A stretch of 64,000 nucleotides of DNA from Planctomycetota bacterium (lineage in GTDB: Bacteria > Planctomycetota > UBA1135 > UBA2386). Shown here one piece after another: positions 1 to 9,673 of this stretch; the stretch's first letter is position 1, and each line of letters starts with the position of its first letter. The position numbers and the translations under genes are program-made. The notes beneath the pieces were generated by a model. The model saw only the letters and a list, made by a program, of their open reading frames with translations, did not search any database and was not told the DNA's origin. The stretch lies in assembly GCA_046290465.1 (NCBI GenBank), contig JBKAGP010000001.1, positions 1,088,001-1,152,000 of the forward strand. The letters are read 5' to 3'.

Positions 1-5
1 ACCGC

Positions 6-293
6 ATGCAGTCGACCGCCGGTCGGTCCGCCGCGAGGTGGATCGGCGGCATCGGCCTGACCGCACGCGGCATCTGGTACGGCATCCTCGCGGCCGCGCT
101 GCTGCTCTCGATCGGCAGCGCCGCCGGGCGCGAGACCGTGCACGAGTTCGTCAGCCGCACGCTCGGCACGATCGCGGGCCCCGTCGCGCTGCTGCTGCTC
201 GCGATCGGCACGCTGGCGTACGCCGCCTACTGCCTGATGACCTGCCTGCTTCGCGACTTCCAGGTCGGCTCCGCGCGTGACGCGCGCTCCTGA
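6..293 (+). CDS. Membrane protein, DUF1206-like C-terminal part (probably 5'-truncated by window edge)
   Basis: Two hydrophobic helices with G-x-x-A-R-G and LLLLAIGTLAYAAY patterns typical of DUF1206 repeats; frame open to window start. Confidence 0.5.
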   Translation: MQSTAGRSAARWIGGIGLTARGIWYGILAAALLLSIGSAAGRETVHEFVSRTLGTIAGPVALLLLAIGTLAYAAYCLMTCLLRDFQVGSARDARS

Positions 294-337
294 GCCACCT
301 CTGACCTTCCATCCCCACTTCCTCCACACGACCCCCC

Positions 338-2035
338 ATGGCCATCCTCGCATCCGCGGCCGTCAAGCTTGCCGGCAGTCTGTCCTCGTCCCGCTTCGAG
401 AAGGCGACCTGCAACCTCCGTGAGAACCAGCAGGCGCTGCTGCAGCGCATCCTCGCGGACAACCAGGACACCGACTACGGCAAGCGGCACGGCTTCCGCG
501 ACATCAAGACGCTGCGCGACTACGCCGAGCGGGTGCCGATCGTCGACTACGAGGACCTGCGCAGCTCGATCGCCCGCATGGCCGCCGGCGAACGCGCCGT
601 GCTGACGCGCGAGAAGCCCGTGCTGTATGCGCAGACGTCGGGCACCACCGGCGACCCCAAGCTGATCCCGGTGACGCCCTCGTGCCAGAGCCGCAGCAAT
701 TCGGACCAGGTCCGCACTTGGCTCTACCACGCACAGAGGGCGCACCCGACGCTGTTCCGCGGCAAGGTCGCGAGCCTCGTCAGTCCGGCGGTCGAGGGCC
801 ACACCGAGGACGGCACGCCGTTCGGCTCGACCAGTGGCATGATGTATCGCGACCTGCCGTGGCTGATGCGGCGGTCCTACGCGCTGCCCTACGAGCTGTT
901 CGAGGTCGACGACTACGAGGCCCGCTACTACATCGCCGGTCGGCTGTCGCTGCGCGAGCGCATCACGTTCTTCTGCACCGCCAACCCGTCGACGGTGCTG
1001 AAGCTCGCCGAGGCGATCGACGAGCACGCCGAGCAGCTGATCCGCGACATCCGCGACGGCACGATCACGCCGCCCAATCGCTTCGAGCACGGTCTCGGAC
1101 GCACGGTGTCGGTGCGTCCCGACCCCGAACTCGCCCGCAAGCTCGAACGGCACCGCTCGCAACGCGGCGGCCGCCTGCTGCCGCGCGACTACTGGCCGAA
1201 CCTCGCGCTGGTCGGCTGCTGGACCGGCGGCACCGTCGGCAGCTACGTCGACCAGCTCGACGCCTACTTCGACCCGGACGGCGAAGGCTGCCTGCACCTG
1301 CGCGACTGGGGCTACCTCGCGTCGGAGATGCGCGGCTCGGTGCCGCTCGAGGACGGCACGTCCGCCGGCGTGCTGACGGCCAACGCCAACGTGTTCGAGT
1401 TCGTGCCGACCGAGCAGGTCGCCGACGAACCCGACGACCGTAGCCAGTGGCAGACGCTCGGCGCCCACGAAGTCGAGGACGGTGGCGAGTACCACGTCAT
1501 CGTCACCACCACCGGCGGCCTGTATCGCTACGACATCAACGACATCGTGCGCGTCGACGGCTTCCACAACGACACGCCGCGGATCTCGTTCATCCGCAAG
1601 GGCAAGGGCATGACCAACCTGACCGGCGAGAAGGTCGCCGCGGACCACGTGCTGCAGGCCGTAGCGCAGGCCGGCTCGGAGCTCGGTCTCGAGATCCGCC
1701 ACTCGCAGGCGCAGGCAGAGATCGAGAACAGCCGCTACGCGTTCCTCGTCGAGCTGCACGAGGAGATCTCGGACGAACGGCAACACCGGCTGCTCGAGGC
1801 GATCGAGAAGAACCTGCGCGGCATCAACCTCGAGTACGACGGCAAGCGCAAGAGCCTGCGACTCGAGGACCCGGTGCTCTACGTGATGGCGTCCGGCTGG
1901 CACGACACGGCCGTCGAACAGGCGGCCAACACCAACACGCGGGTGTTCCAGACCAAGGTCCCCCCGTTGAAGGAGGCCGACAAGGAGACGTTGGACGAGA
2001 CCCGGGCCGAGGCGACCGCACAGGTCGATCTGTAG
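338..2035 (+). CDS. GH3 family acyl-adenylate/amido synthetase (GH3 auxin-responsive promoter family)
   Basis: Motifs TSGTTGDPKLIP, WGYLASE, GGLYRYDINDIV, GEKV; N-terminal QQALLQRIL..NQDTDYGKRHGF; 565 aa. Confidence 0.9.
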   Translation: MAILASAAVKLAGSLSSSRFEKATCNLRENQQALLQRILADNQDTDYGKRHGFRDIKTLRDYAERVPIVDYEDLRSSIARMAAGERAVLTREKPVLYAQTSGTTGDPKLIPVTPSCQSRSNSDQVRTWLYHAQRAHPTLFRGKVASLVSPAVEGHTEDGTPFGSTSGMMYRDLPWLMRRSYALPYELFEVDDYEARYYIAGRLSLRERITFFCTANPSTVLKLAEAIDEHAEQLIRDIRDGTITPPNRFEHGLGRTVSVRPDPELARKLERHRSQRGGRLLPRDYWPNLALVGCWTGGTVGSYVDQLDAYFDPDGEGCLHLRDWGYLASEMRGSVPLEDGTSAGVLTANANVFEFVPTEQVADEPDDRSQWQTLGAHEVEDGGEYHVIVTTTGGLYRYDINDIVRVDGFHNDTPRISFIRKGKGMTNLTGEKVAADHVLQAVAQAGSELGLEIRHSQAQAEIENSRYAFLVELHEEISDERQHRLLEAIEKNLRGINLEYDGKRKSLRLEDPVLYVMASGWHDTAVEQAANTNTRVFQTKVPPLKEADKETLDETRAEATAQVDL

Positions 2036-2089
2036 ACGCCCCCGCATGCCTCGCGCGATCCTGTCGACCGCGCTGCCTGCGGCGGGCCA

Positions 2090-4807
2090 TCACCGCAGGT
2101 TGGCGAGGTAGCTCATCAGCACGGCGGGGTCGACGGGCTTGACCAGATGGTGGTCGAATCCGGCGTCCTGCGTCCGCCGGCGATCCGGTTCCTGGCCCCA
2201 GCCGGTCACGGCGACCAGGACCACGCCCGTGCCCCAGGCCTGCGCGCGGATGCGCTGGGCGACCTCGTAGCCGTTGAGCTTCGGCATCCCGATGTCCAGC
2301 AGCACGACGTCCGGCCGGACCTCTGCGGCCATCTCGAACGCGGCCAACCCGTCATAGGCCGTGAACGCCTGGTAGCCGCGCAGCTGCACCATCATGGTCA
2401 GGGCGTCGGCGCCGTCGCGGTTGTCGTCCACGACCAGCACCTTGAGCGACGGATGCGTCGCAACGACCTCCTCCGTCTGGACCGCGTCGGGATCGGCGGA
2501 GGCATCATGGAGCGGCAACCGGACGACGAACGTCGCGCCGTGCCCGACCCCTTCGCTGTGCACCTCGATCGAGCCCTCGTGCATCTCGAGCAACCGACGC
2601 ACCAGGGTGAGACCGATCCCGAGACCGCCGTCCGATCGTTCGAGCGCGCTGTCGAGTTGGTGGAACATCTCGAAGATGCTGTCCAGTCGATCCGCGGGGA
2701 TGCCGACCCCGTCGTCGCGGACCCGGACTTCCATCGAGGCGTGCCCGCGCACGATTTCGACGTCGATGTTGCCTCCGGGGCTGGTGTACTTCGCCGCGTT
2801 GTGCAGCAGGTTGGCGAACACCTGCGCCAGACGGACAGGGTCCCCGAACACCACCCCCTCCAAAACGGGCTCGACCAGCTCGAAGCGGTGTCCCCGCGCA
2901 TCCATGATCGGCCGGGACGCTTCGATCGCGCGGTCCAGCACGGCCCGCAGCGGCAGGGCCTCCTTCTTGAGTTCGATCTTGCCGCGCGAGATCCGTGACA
3001 CATCCATCAGGTCGTCGACCAGCCGCACCATGTGCACGAGTTGCCGCTCCATGACTTCACTCGACCGTGCGAGGACGTCGGGTCGGCCTTCGGACAGCTT
3101 GATCAGCTCCAGCGACGTCCGGATCGGAGCCAGCGGGTTGCGCAGTTCGTGGGCGAGCGTCGCCAGGAACTCGTCCTTGCGACGGTTCGCCTCCGACAGC
3201 TCCGCTGCGACGACGCGCAACTCCTCCTCGAGCGCCTTCTGCTTGGTCATGTCGAGCATCGACCCGACGACCCGAACCGGTTGGGTGCCTTCCCTCACGA
3301 TCCGCGCCCGGTCCAGCACGGTCGCATACGAGCCACCGGCGCAACGAAACCGGTAGGTCCCGGTCCACGTGCGATCGCCGCCCGCGAGCGCGAGCTCGAT
3401 GCTCTCGGCGACCGCGTCGCGATCCTCTGCGTGGATCCGTTCGCGCCACCAGCTCGAAGCGACCCGATCGCTCGCCGGGGTGTGTCCGAAACAGCGGCCC
3501 AGGCCATCGTTCCAGGTCATCTCGTCGCGAACGAGGTCCCAGTCGCGGATCGCCTCGTTGGCCGCGTCGCTCACCAGACGGAAGCGCAGTTCGCTCTCCT
3601 CCAGGTCCCGCTGCGCGCGCCGCTGCTCGGTGATGTCGACGTTCATGCCAACCCACTCCCTGACGCTGCCGTCGGGATCGAGGACCGGTACGGCACGTGC
3701 TGTCGTCCAGCGGTAGGTGCCGTCGTGGCGCCGCAGGCGGTAGTCGACGAGGTAGTTGCCGCGGCTGGCAACGGCCGCCTGCCACGCGGTGCGGGTCGCA
3801 TCTCGATCTGCTGGGTGGATCGCATCGAGCCAACCGTATTCCCGCCACTGATCGTAGGTCTGACCGGTGAACGCACGCCACGAAGGAGAGTCCCCGACCA
3901 CCTTGCCGGCAGCATCCGTGGCCCAGACGATCTGGGCGGTCGCCTCGACGAGTGCGACGTATCGCTCTTCGCTCTGTCGGCGCTGGATCTCGGCGCTGTG
4001 GCGCGCGGTCACGTCGCGCACGACGAGCACCACGCCCCAGGCCTCGCTGTCGTCGGCCGCGATCGATGCCTCGCCGTAGCTGACGAACCGCTCCTCTCCG
4101 GCCTTCGTTTCCAGGATCGCCTCCTGAGCCACAACCTCCGTTCCAGCAGTGGCGAACTCGAGCTGGTCGTGCAACGAGATCGCGGTCCGGGTCGTCGCGT
4201 CCCGCATTCGAAGCACGCGGCCGAGCGGTTCGCCCACGGCTTCGTCGCTGCTCCAACCCGTCAGCCGCTCTCCCGCCTTGTTGAGGATCGTGATGCGGCC
4301 TTCGGGGTCGGTCGCAAGGACGGCCTCGTTCAGACTCGCCAACGTCGTCGCCAAAAACTCCCTCTCGATCCGCAGCGACGTCAGCGCCTCGTCCTTCTCC
4401 GCCGTCCGGGCCGCGACCTGTGCATCCAGCTCCGCGGCCGAACGCATCGTGAGCATCGACGGCGCCGCGCGAATCAGGGTGATCGCCGTGACCCACGACA
4501 CCACCGCCGTCGCCAACTTGACGACGCCGGCAAACCGGTACGCAGGCCACCAGAAGATCGCGGCCTCGATCAGGTGGGCGGAGCCACAGAGCACGATGAA
4601 CGCCGCGAACAGCACGAACACGGACCGGAACGGCACGTCGCGGCGTCGTGCCAGCAGCCATCCCAGCGAGATCGGAATCGTGAAGTACGCCGCCCAGATC
4701 GCCAGATCCGAGAGGATGTGCAGCCACCCGTGAGCCGCCGTCCAGTGCCCACAGTGCCATCGCGGGGGAAAGTCGGACGTATCGAACAGCAGCAGCAGGA
4801 AGTCCAT
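2090..4807 (-). CDS. Hybrid sensor histidine kinase: ETR1-like 3-TM ethylene-binding domain, 3 PAS, HisKA, HATPase, REC
   Basis: Start placed at MDFLLLLF (ATG 4807); SDLAIWAAYFTIP and FIVLCGSAHL; PAS motifs; LAHELRNPL H-box, NAAKY, DDGVGI, GLGIGL; C-terminal VVDDN..LLDIGMP..HLVKP. Confidence 0.92.
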   Translation of the reverse strand: MDFLLLLFDTSDFPPRWHCGHWTAAHGWLHILSDLAIWAAYFTIPISLGWLLARRRDVPFRSVFVLFAAFIVLCGSAHLIEAAIFWWPAYRFAGVVKLATAVVSWVTAITLIRAAPSMLTMRSAAELDAQVAARTAEKDEALTSLRIEREFLATTLASLNEAVLATDPEGRITILNKAGERLTGWSSDEAVGEPLGRVLRMRDATTRTAISLHDQLEFATAGTEVVAQEAILETKAGEERFVSYGEASIAADDSEAWGVVLVVRDVTARHSAEIQRRQSEERYVALVEATAQIVWATDAAGKVVGDSPSWRAFTGQTYDQWREYGWLDAIHPADRDATRTAWQAAVASRGNYLVDYRLRRHDGTYRWTTARAVPVLDPDGSVREWVGMNVDITEQRRAQRDLEESELRFRLVSDAANEAIRDWDLVRDEMTWNDGLGRCFGHTPASDRVASSWWRERIHAEDRDAVAESIELALAGGDRTWTGTYRFRCAGGSYATVLDRARIVREGTQPVRVVGSMLDMTKQKALEEELRVVAAELSEANRRKDEFLATLAHELRNPLAPIRTSLELIKLSEGRPDVLARSSEVMERQLVHMVRLVDDLMDVSRISRGKIELKKEALPLRAVLDRAIEASRPIMDARGHRFELVEPVLEGVVFGDPVRLAQVFANLLHNAAKYTSPGGNIDVEIVRGHASMEVRVRDDGVGIPADRLDSIFEMFHQLDSALERSDGGLGIGLTLVRRLLEMHEGSIEVHSEGVGHGATFVVRLPLHDASADPDAVQTEEVVATHPSLKVLVVDDNRDGADALTMMVQLRGYQAFTAYDGLAAFEMAAEVRPDVVLLDIGMPKLNGYEVAQRIRAQAWGTGVVLVAVTGWGQEPDRRRTQDAGFDHHLVKPVDPAVLMSYLANLR

Positions 4808-5034
4808 GGAGGCGGTCTCGATGCGTGTCGTCCACGCGCCAAGGAACGCAGGCAGAGGCTCGACCGAACACCGCCGAGTTGGCCCGCACACCCGTCATAC
4901 CCCGGCACCCGGGCAACCCGGCACAGCAACTTGCCGAGCCAGTTGCAGCGGCCTGGCTTCGACGCGGCGAGGCGCATGCACGGCATCACCCGACCGCCGC
5001 CCCACGCCCCCACCGTCCTCCGAATCCCGACGGC

Positions 5035-7365
5035 TCAGCGCGCCTCGTGCGGCAGCACCAGCCGCTCGCCGCCGACCCGCACGATCAAGCGCGACGTCCA
5101 CCCGGCGGGCGCCATCGTCGGCAGCGGGTCCGGCAGCGCTTCGTGCTGGTCGATGCTCGCCGACGCAGAGAAGCGCCACCCGAAGCCCTCGGGTCGGTAG
5201 GCGCGCCACGCGTCGACCATCAGCCAGCGCTTGCTTTCTTGGTACTGCCCGCCGAGCGGGTCGAGACAGATCTCCTGGCGCACCATCAGGAAGTCCTCGC
5301 CGGCCGGCTCGACGTAGCGGTCCAGCAGGCGGTGCAGGTCGATCGGCGCGCGCGGCGTCATGCGCAGCGGCACCAGCGCTCCGTCCCGTTCGACAGCGAT
5401 GCGGCCGTCCTCCGCCAGCGCGAAGATCGCACCGGGCACCGGCAGGCCGCGGCTGGCGTGCACGACCAGCCGGCCGTCGTGCAGCCAGACGCCGACGTCG
5501 CGCGAGCCCGAGAACGGGTCCCACCAGCCGAACCGGTCGGTCGACCGCAGGCGGCGCTCGCCGACGATGCGATACTTGATCTCGGGCCACGCGCGCACCT
5601 CCGGCGGCACCTGCACGAACCTCGCCGGCGCGCGACCGGTGCTGCGCACCAGCGTCAGTTCCTGTCGATCACGCAGGCGTCGATCGTCGACCGAGAAGCC
5701 GAACGCCTCGCCGCTGCGCAGCACGATCGACAGCCGTTCGCCGCGCTGACGGCCACCGGCCGAACGGCTGGCCGCACCTCGGCCGCCGGAGAACTCCTGT
5801 CCATAGGTCCAGCCCTCCTCGTCGTCGGCGAACTGCCAGCGCCCGTCGATCTGCACCAGCGAGCCGTCGGCCTCGACGATCCGGAACGGGTAGACCTCGC
5901 GCCGCTCCGCTGCGTGCGCCAGCACGCGCCGCGCATCGTCGTGGAACTGGATGTGCGGGCGCACCTCGTAGCCGGGCGACCAGCAGTAGTAGGCGTTGGG
6001 CAGACCCGCCACGACCCGAAACCGCGCGACCGACGGACCGTGCTCGGCCGCGACCTTCTGCTGCTTGCGCGCGACCCACAGTTCGCGGTCGACGCCGGAC
6101 GCGCGCCGCACGTCGCGGTAGGCGTGCTGCTCGTCGCCGTCGTCGGGGTCGTAGTAGCCCGGCATGATCATCACCGACCACGGCTCCTCGCGCGGCAACG
6201 ACCCGATCGAGACCTCGACCTCCGTCATCACCGGCGCCCGCACCTCGCCGGCCGCGCGATCGGCTGGCACCGCCACGCCGACCGCATCGTCGACGGCGAA
6301 CCAGAGATGGTCGCGGCCCGTTTCGAGCCGCTGCCGCGACACCGCGAAGCCACCGTGTTGGTCCGTGCGCGGCGCCTCCTCCGGCGGCTCCGCCGGGTGC
6401 AGGCGGTAGGGGCGCTCGTCGAGCCAGAACGGCACCGACGCGAGCGGTCGTCCGTCGGCGTCGAGCAGCCGGCCGACGATCCGGCCCGCGTCCGCAGGCT
6501 CGTCGGCCGGATCCGTCGCCAGCACCAGGTCACGCTGCGGGCGCACCCCGCTGGCCGCGGTGTCGCGGTCGCGGTCGGGCACGGGCGTGTCGGCACGGGC
6601 CGCTGCGACACGCCCGTCGGGGACCACGTCGGCGCTGCGCGCAGCACGCCACCAGACGCCGGCCCCGAGCAGCAAGAGGGCCGCGAGCGACGCGACCACG
6701 GCAACGTTCTTCTTCATCACGAGTGCTCCGAGACCGATCGAGACCCCCGCCGCCGCCGTCGCTGCCGGGACCATCGCGCGGCCACCGATCAGCGGCAGCA
6801 GGAACGCAGCCCGCCTGCCGTCGGTGTCGCGGTCGAGCCGGCTGCGCAGCGCATCGAGCGCGCGCTTCAGCCGCTGCCGCACGGCCTCGGGGCGCTCGCC
6901 TCGCTTCGCGGCGATCTCGCTGGGCTCGAGCCCTTCCCAGTAGCGCGCGACGACGACGTCGCGCCAGGCCTTCGGCAGCGCTTCGATCGCAGCCACGAGG
7001 TGCGCGCGACGTTCCTCGAACGCGGCCAGGTCGAACGGGTCGGCCGGGCCTGCGCCCGATGCCGTCTCGGCGACCCGCCGTTCGCGGTCGTGGCGGCGTG
7101 TGGCGGCCCGCCAACGATTGCGCGCCAGGTTGTGCACGACGCGGCGCCACCAGGCGCGCTCGTCGCGCACGTCGGCCGCCGCATCGGGGTCGGCGAGCGC
7201 CCTGGCCCAGGTTTCCTGGACCAGGTCGCCGGCGTCGTCGCCGTCACCGGCCAGCGTCGCCGCCAGCCGCCGCAGATCGGCGTTGGCCCGCAGCAGGCGC
7301 TCGGGCAGAGACTCGGCCTGAGGCTCAGGCAGAGCCTCAGGCTGGGAATCGCGAGGGGGTTCCAT
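5035..7365 (-). CDS. ECF sigma-70 factor with TM segment and long C-terminal extracytoplasmic extension
   Basis: Sigma2 (DAGDLVQETW..WWRRVVHNLARN), sigma4 (LPKAWRDVVVARYWEGL..EIA), then hydrophobic helix VAVVASLAALLLLGAGVWW and GRIVGRLLDADGRPL. Confidence 0.85.
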   Translation of the reverse strand: MEPPRDSQPEALPEPQAESLPERLLRANADLRRLAATLAGDGDDAGDLVQETWARALADPDAAADVRDERAWWRRVVHNLARNRWRAATRRHDRERRVAETASGAGPADPFDLAAFEERRAHLVAAIEALPKAWRDVVVARYWEGLEPSEIAAKRGERPEAVRQRLKRALDALRSRLDRDTDGRRAAFLLPLIGGRAMVPAATAAAGVSIGLGALVMKKNVAVVASLAALLLLGAGVWWRAARSADVVPDGRVAAARADTPVPDRDRDTAASGVRPQRDLVLATDPADEPADAGRIVGRLLDADGRPLASVPFWLDERPYRLHPAEPPEEAPRTDQHGGFAVSRQRLETGRDHLWFAVDDAVGVAVPADRAAGEVRAPVMTEVEVSIGSLPREEPWSVMIMPGYYDPDDGDEQHAYRDVRRASGVDRELWVARKQQKVAAEHGPSVARFRVVAGLPNAYYCWSPGYEVRPHIQFHDDARRVLAHAAERREVYPFRIVEADGSLVQIDGRWQFADDEEGWTYGQEFSGGRGAASRSAGGRQRGERLSIVLRSGEAFGFSVDDRRLRDRQELTLVRSTGRAPARFVQVPPEVRAWPEIKYRIVGERRLRSTDRFGWWDPFSGSRDVGVWLHDGRLVVHASRGLPVPGAIFALAEDGRIAVERDGALVPLRMTPRAPIDLHRLLDRYVEPAGEDFLMVRQEICLDPLGGQYQESKRWLMVDAWRAYRPEGFGWRFSASASIDQHEALPDPLPTMAPAGWTSRLIVRVGGERLVLPHEAR

Positions 7366-7442
7366 CGGTCACGGAGACCGACACCACCGCCGGGCTCACC
7401 GTGACGCGAGCATGCCAGAAATCTCACATCGGCGCCGCCGCA

Positions 7443-9575
7443 TCACAAGCCGACGACGTTGCGCAGACCGTTGCTGGTGCGCAGGCTGCCCGCCCCGAAC
7501 GAGTAGTGCTGGGTGAAGTACTCGAAGCCGACGATCGACGTCGACGGCGGCACCACGAACGGGAAGCTGGTGTTGCCGAGACCGTTGCTGACCGCGAAGT
7601 CGGCGGTCACGATGTCGTTGTAGGCCTGGCAGCCGGGTTCGCCGCCGATCGCCGTCAGCACGACCGGCAGCGGCACGCCGTTGGCCTGGCTCGAAGACGT
7701 CCCGATCGCAAACGCGGTCAGCGCGCTCGGGTAGCCGTTCTGGCTGGCATACTGCACGGTCGTGCCGAGGTGCGGCCGCGCCGACGCGGTCTGCGTGAAG
7801 GCCGGTGCGCCGCAGCCCAGGCCGACGACCGTGGTGCACGCGACGTTCTGCGACCAGCTCTGCAGCGCGCTGCGGATCGTCGGACGCAGCATCTCCCGGA
7901 TCGCCGCGTGGATCGCGTTGTTGGCCGCGCCGAGCGAGTTCGCGTCGTTGACGAACGCGCCGAAGGTGTACTCGCGCATCGTCACCGAGCCGTTGCTGAA
8001 GAACGGCACTGCGATCCACCCGAAGTCCGTCGAATGCTTCCTCGAGTTGAGCAGCAGCTGGTAGGCGCCTTCCTTGTGGGCCAGCCGGACGTAGCTGTCA
8101 AAGCAGGAGAGCTCCGCCGGCGACAGGTTGAGGCTCGCGCCTTCGGCCACCACCACCGCATCCAGGGCGTTGCTCGAGTCGACCATCAGGTCGTAGAAGC
8201 GATCGCGTTCGTTGCCGAGCCAGCCGTTGGCGACCGACTCGTGCAGCCGGTGCAGGTCGCGCAGCGAGGTCTGGTTGGGCGCGAGCAGCGCGTCGCTGGT
8301 GCAGCCGATGCGGTGGTCGATGTCGGTGGTGTTCATCGCCAGCAGCGGTGCCGCCGTCGTCATCACGTTGGACAGGCCGTAGTAGTTGACGATCGCCTGC
8401 ATGCGGCGGGTGTCGTTGTACTGCATCATCTTCTGCAGCACGGTCTGCAGCGACTCGACCGTCGGATTGGTGTCGACCGGACACCACAGGCTGCCCGAGG
8501 CATAGTCCTGGAAGACCGTCACCAGCGAGTTCGGCTGCGAGTTGCCGAGGTGGATGCGCCGCACGGCATGCGCGTGGTGGAGCACGGCCAGCGCTTCGGC
8601 CGGCTCGAACGCGGTCGTGCCGTTCAGCCAGGCCAGGTTGGCGCCGTTGACCTCCTGCATCCAGCACCCGACGTGGCCGTTGGTCGCCTGGCGCATGGTC
8701 TCGCCGACCAACGTCGTCAGCGGGTTCGAGTTGTTGATCGCGGCGACCGTGTAGCGGGTGCCGAAGAACGACTGGTAGCGCTCGATGTCGAACGCGCGCG
8801 CGCCGTGGTTCTGCTGCATCGACAGGACCTGGGACTCGGTCAGCCCGAACCACCACCAGGTCGGCTTGGGCAGCGGGTCCTGGATCATCACGCAGTCGAA
8901 CTCGCCGCCGATGTGGCGTTCGATGTCGTAGACGCGGGCGTTGTTCGCCGCCGCGTAGCCGTTCAGCTGCGTGAAGTTGACGTCGGTGTACCACCACCAT
9001 TGCCGCGCATCGGCGCCGGTGTTCGAGATCATGACGGCCAGGTAGCGCGTCACGCCGTTGACCTCATAGGTCTCGAGGTCGACGATCCGGGCGGTGTTGT
9101 TGGCGACGAACTGGTTGATGTTGGCCGGGTTGGTGTCGTAGAGCCACCACCATGCCTTGCCGTTGACGCCGGTGTTGTCGACCGTCACCGCCGCGAAGCG
9201 CCGGTTGCCGGCACTGTCGGTGTAGGACTCGAGGTCGATCAGCCGCGCCTGGTTGGCGTTGATCAGGTTGGTGACGTTGGCGGCGCTGGCGTCGAACAGC
9301 CACCACCAGGCCGTCGCATCGGCCCCGGAGTTCTCGACGAGCACCGCGTCGAAGCGGGTGCCGATGCCCGAGCCGCTGCGATACTCGAGGTCCGTCAGCC
9401 GGAAGCCGCTGTTGATCTGCCCGTCGATGGTCGCCTTGGTCACGTTGAGCAGCGTGACGCTGCCGGTCTGGATGGACGCCTCGCGCGGGTCGCCGGCCTG
9501 CGCCAGCAGCGTGGTCACGGACAGGAACGCGGCCGCCGACAGCGACCGCCACAGCCTCGATAGCGTGGGGTTCAT
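7443..9575 (-). CDS. Secreted protein: ~50-aa tandem repeats (BTRD1/polyglycine-hydrolase-like), degenerate class-A beta-lactamase-like domain, shared C-terminal domain
   Basis: Signal peptide MNPTLSRLWRSLSAAAFLSVTTLLAQ; 4-5 repeats AR(L/I)xD(L/I)ExY...NTG..WWW; FEPAEALAV / MMQYNDT / HKEG at SxxK / SDN / KTG positions. Confidence 0.7.
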   Translation of the reverse strand: MNPTLSRLWRSLSAAAFLSVTTLLAQAGDPREASIQTGSVTLLNVTKATIDGQINSGFRLTDLEYRSGSGIGTRFDAVLVENSGADATAWWWLFDASAANVTNLINANQARLIDLESYTDSAGNRRFAAVTVDNTGVNGKAWWWLYDTNPANINQFVANNTARIVDLETYEVNGVTRYLAVMISNTGADARQWWWYTDVNFTQLNGYAAANNARVYDIERHIGGEFDCVMIQDPLPKPTWWWFGLTESQVLSMQQNHGARAFDIERYQSFFGTRYTVAAINNSNPLTTLVGETMRQATNGHVGCWMQEVNGANLAWLNGTTAFEPAEALAVLHHAHAVRRIHLGNSQPNSLVTVFQDYASGSLWCPVDTNPTVESLQTVLQKMMQYNDTRRMQAIVNYYGLSNVMTTAAPLLAMNTTDIDHRIGCTSDALLAPNQTSLRDLHRLHESVANGWLGNERDRFYDLMVDSSNALDAVVVAEGASLNLSPAELSCFDSYVRLAHKEGAYQLLLNSRKHSTDFGWIAVPFFSNGSVTMREYTFGAFVNDANSLGAANNAIHAAIREMLRPTIRSALQSWSQNVACTTVVGLGCGAPAFTQTASARPHLGTTVQYASQNGYPSALTAFAIGTSSSQANGVPLPVVLTAIGGEPGCQAYNDIVTADFAVSNGLGNTSFPFVVPPSTSIVGFEYFTQHYSFGAGSLRTSNGLRNVVGL

Positions 9576-9673
9576 GCCGATCCGGTGTCCCTGGCGGCCA
9601 TGCATGGACAGGTTTGCGGCGATTTTTCCGATCCGGTTGTCCGCCACCCATCGGCGCGGACACTGGGCCGACG

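Noticed and set aside
227..2047. 606-aa antisense ORF and the many similar long shadow ORFs (e.g. 28144-31338, 38632-41616, 57859-61242)
   Set aside because: They mirror recognisable genes; expected from stop-codon scarcity at high GC; no motifs
7368..7405. GTCACGG...CCGTGAC inverted repeat / ECF promoter upstream of the membrane ECF
   Set aside because: Only 7-bp arms in GC-rich DNA; spacing to a -10 element ambiguous
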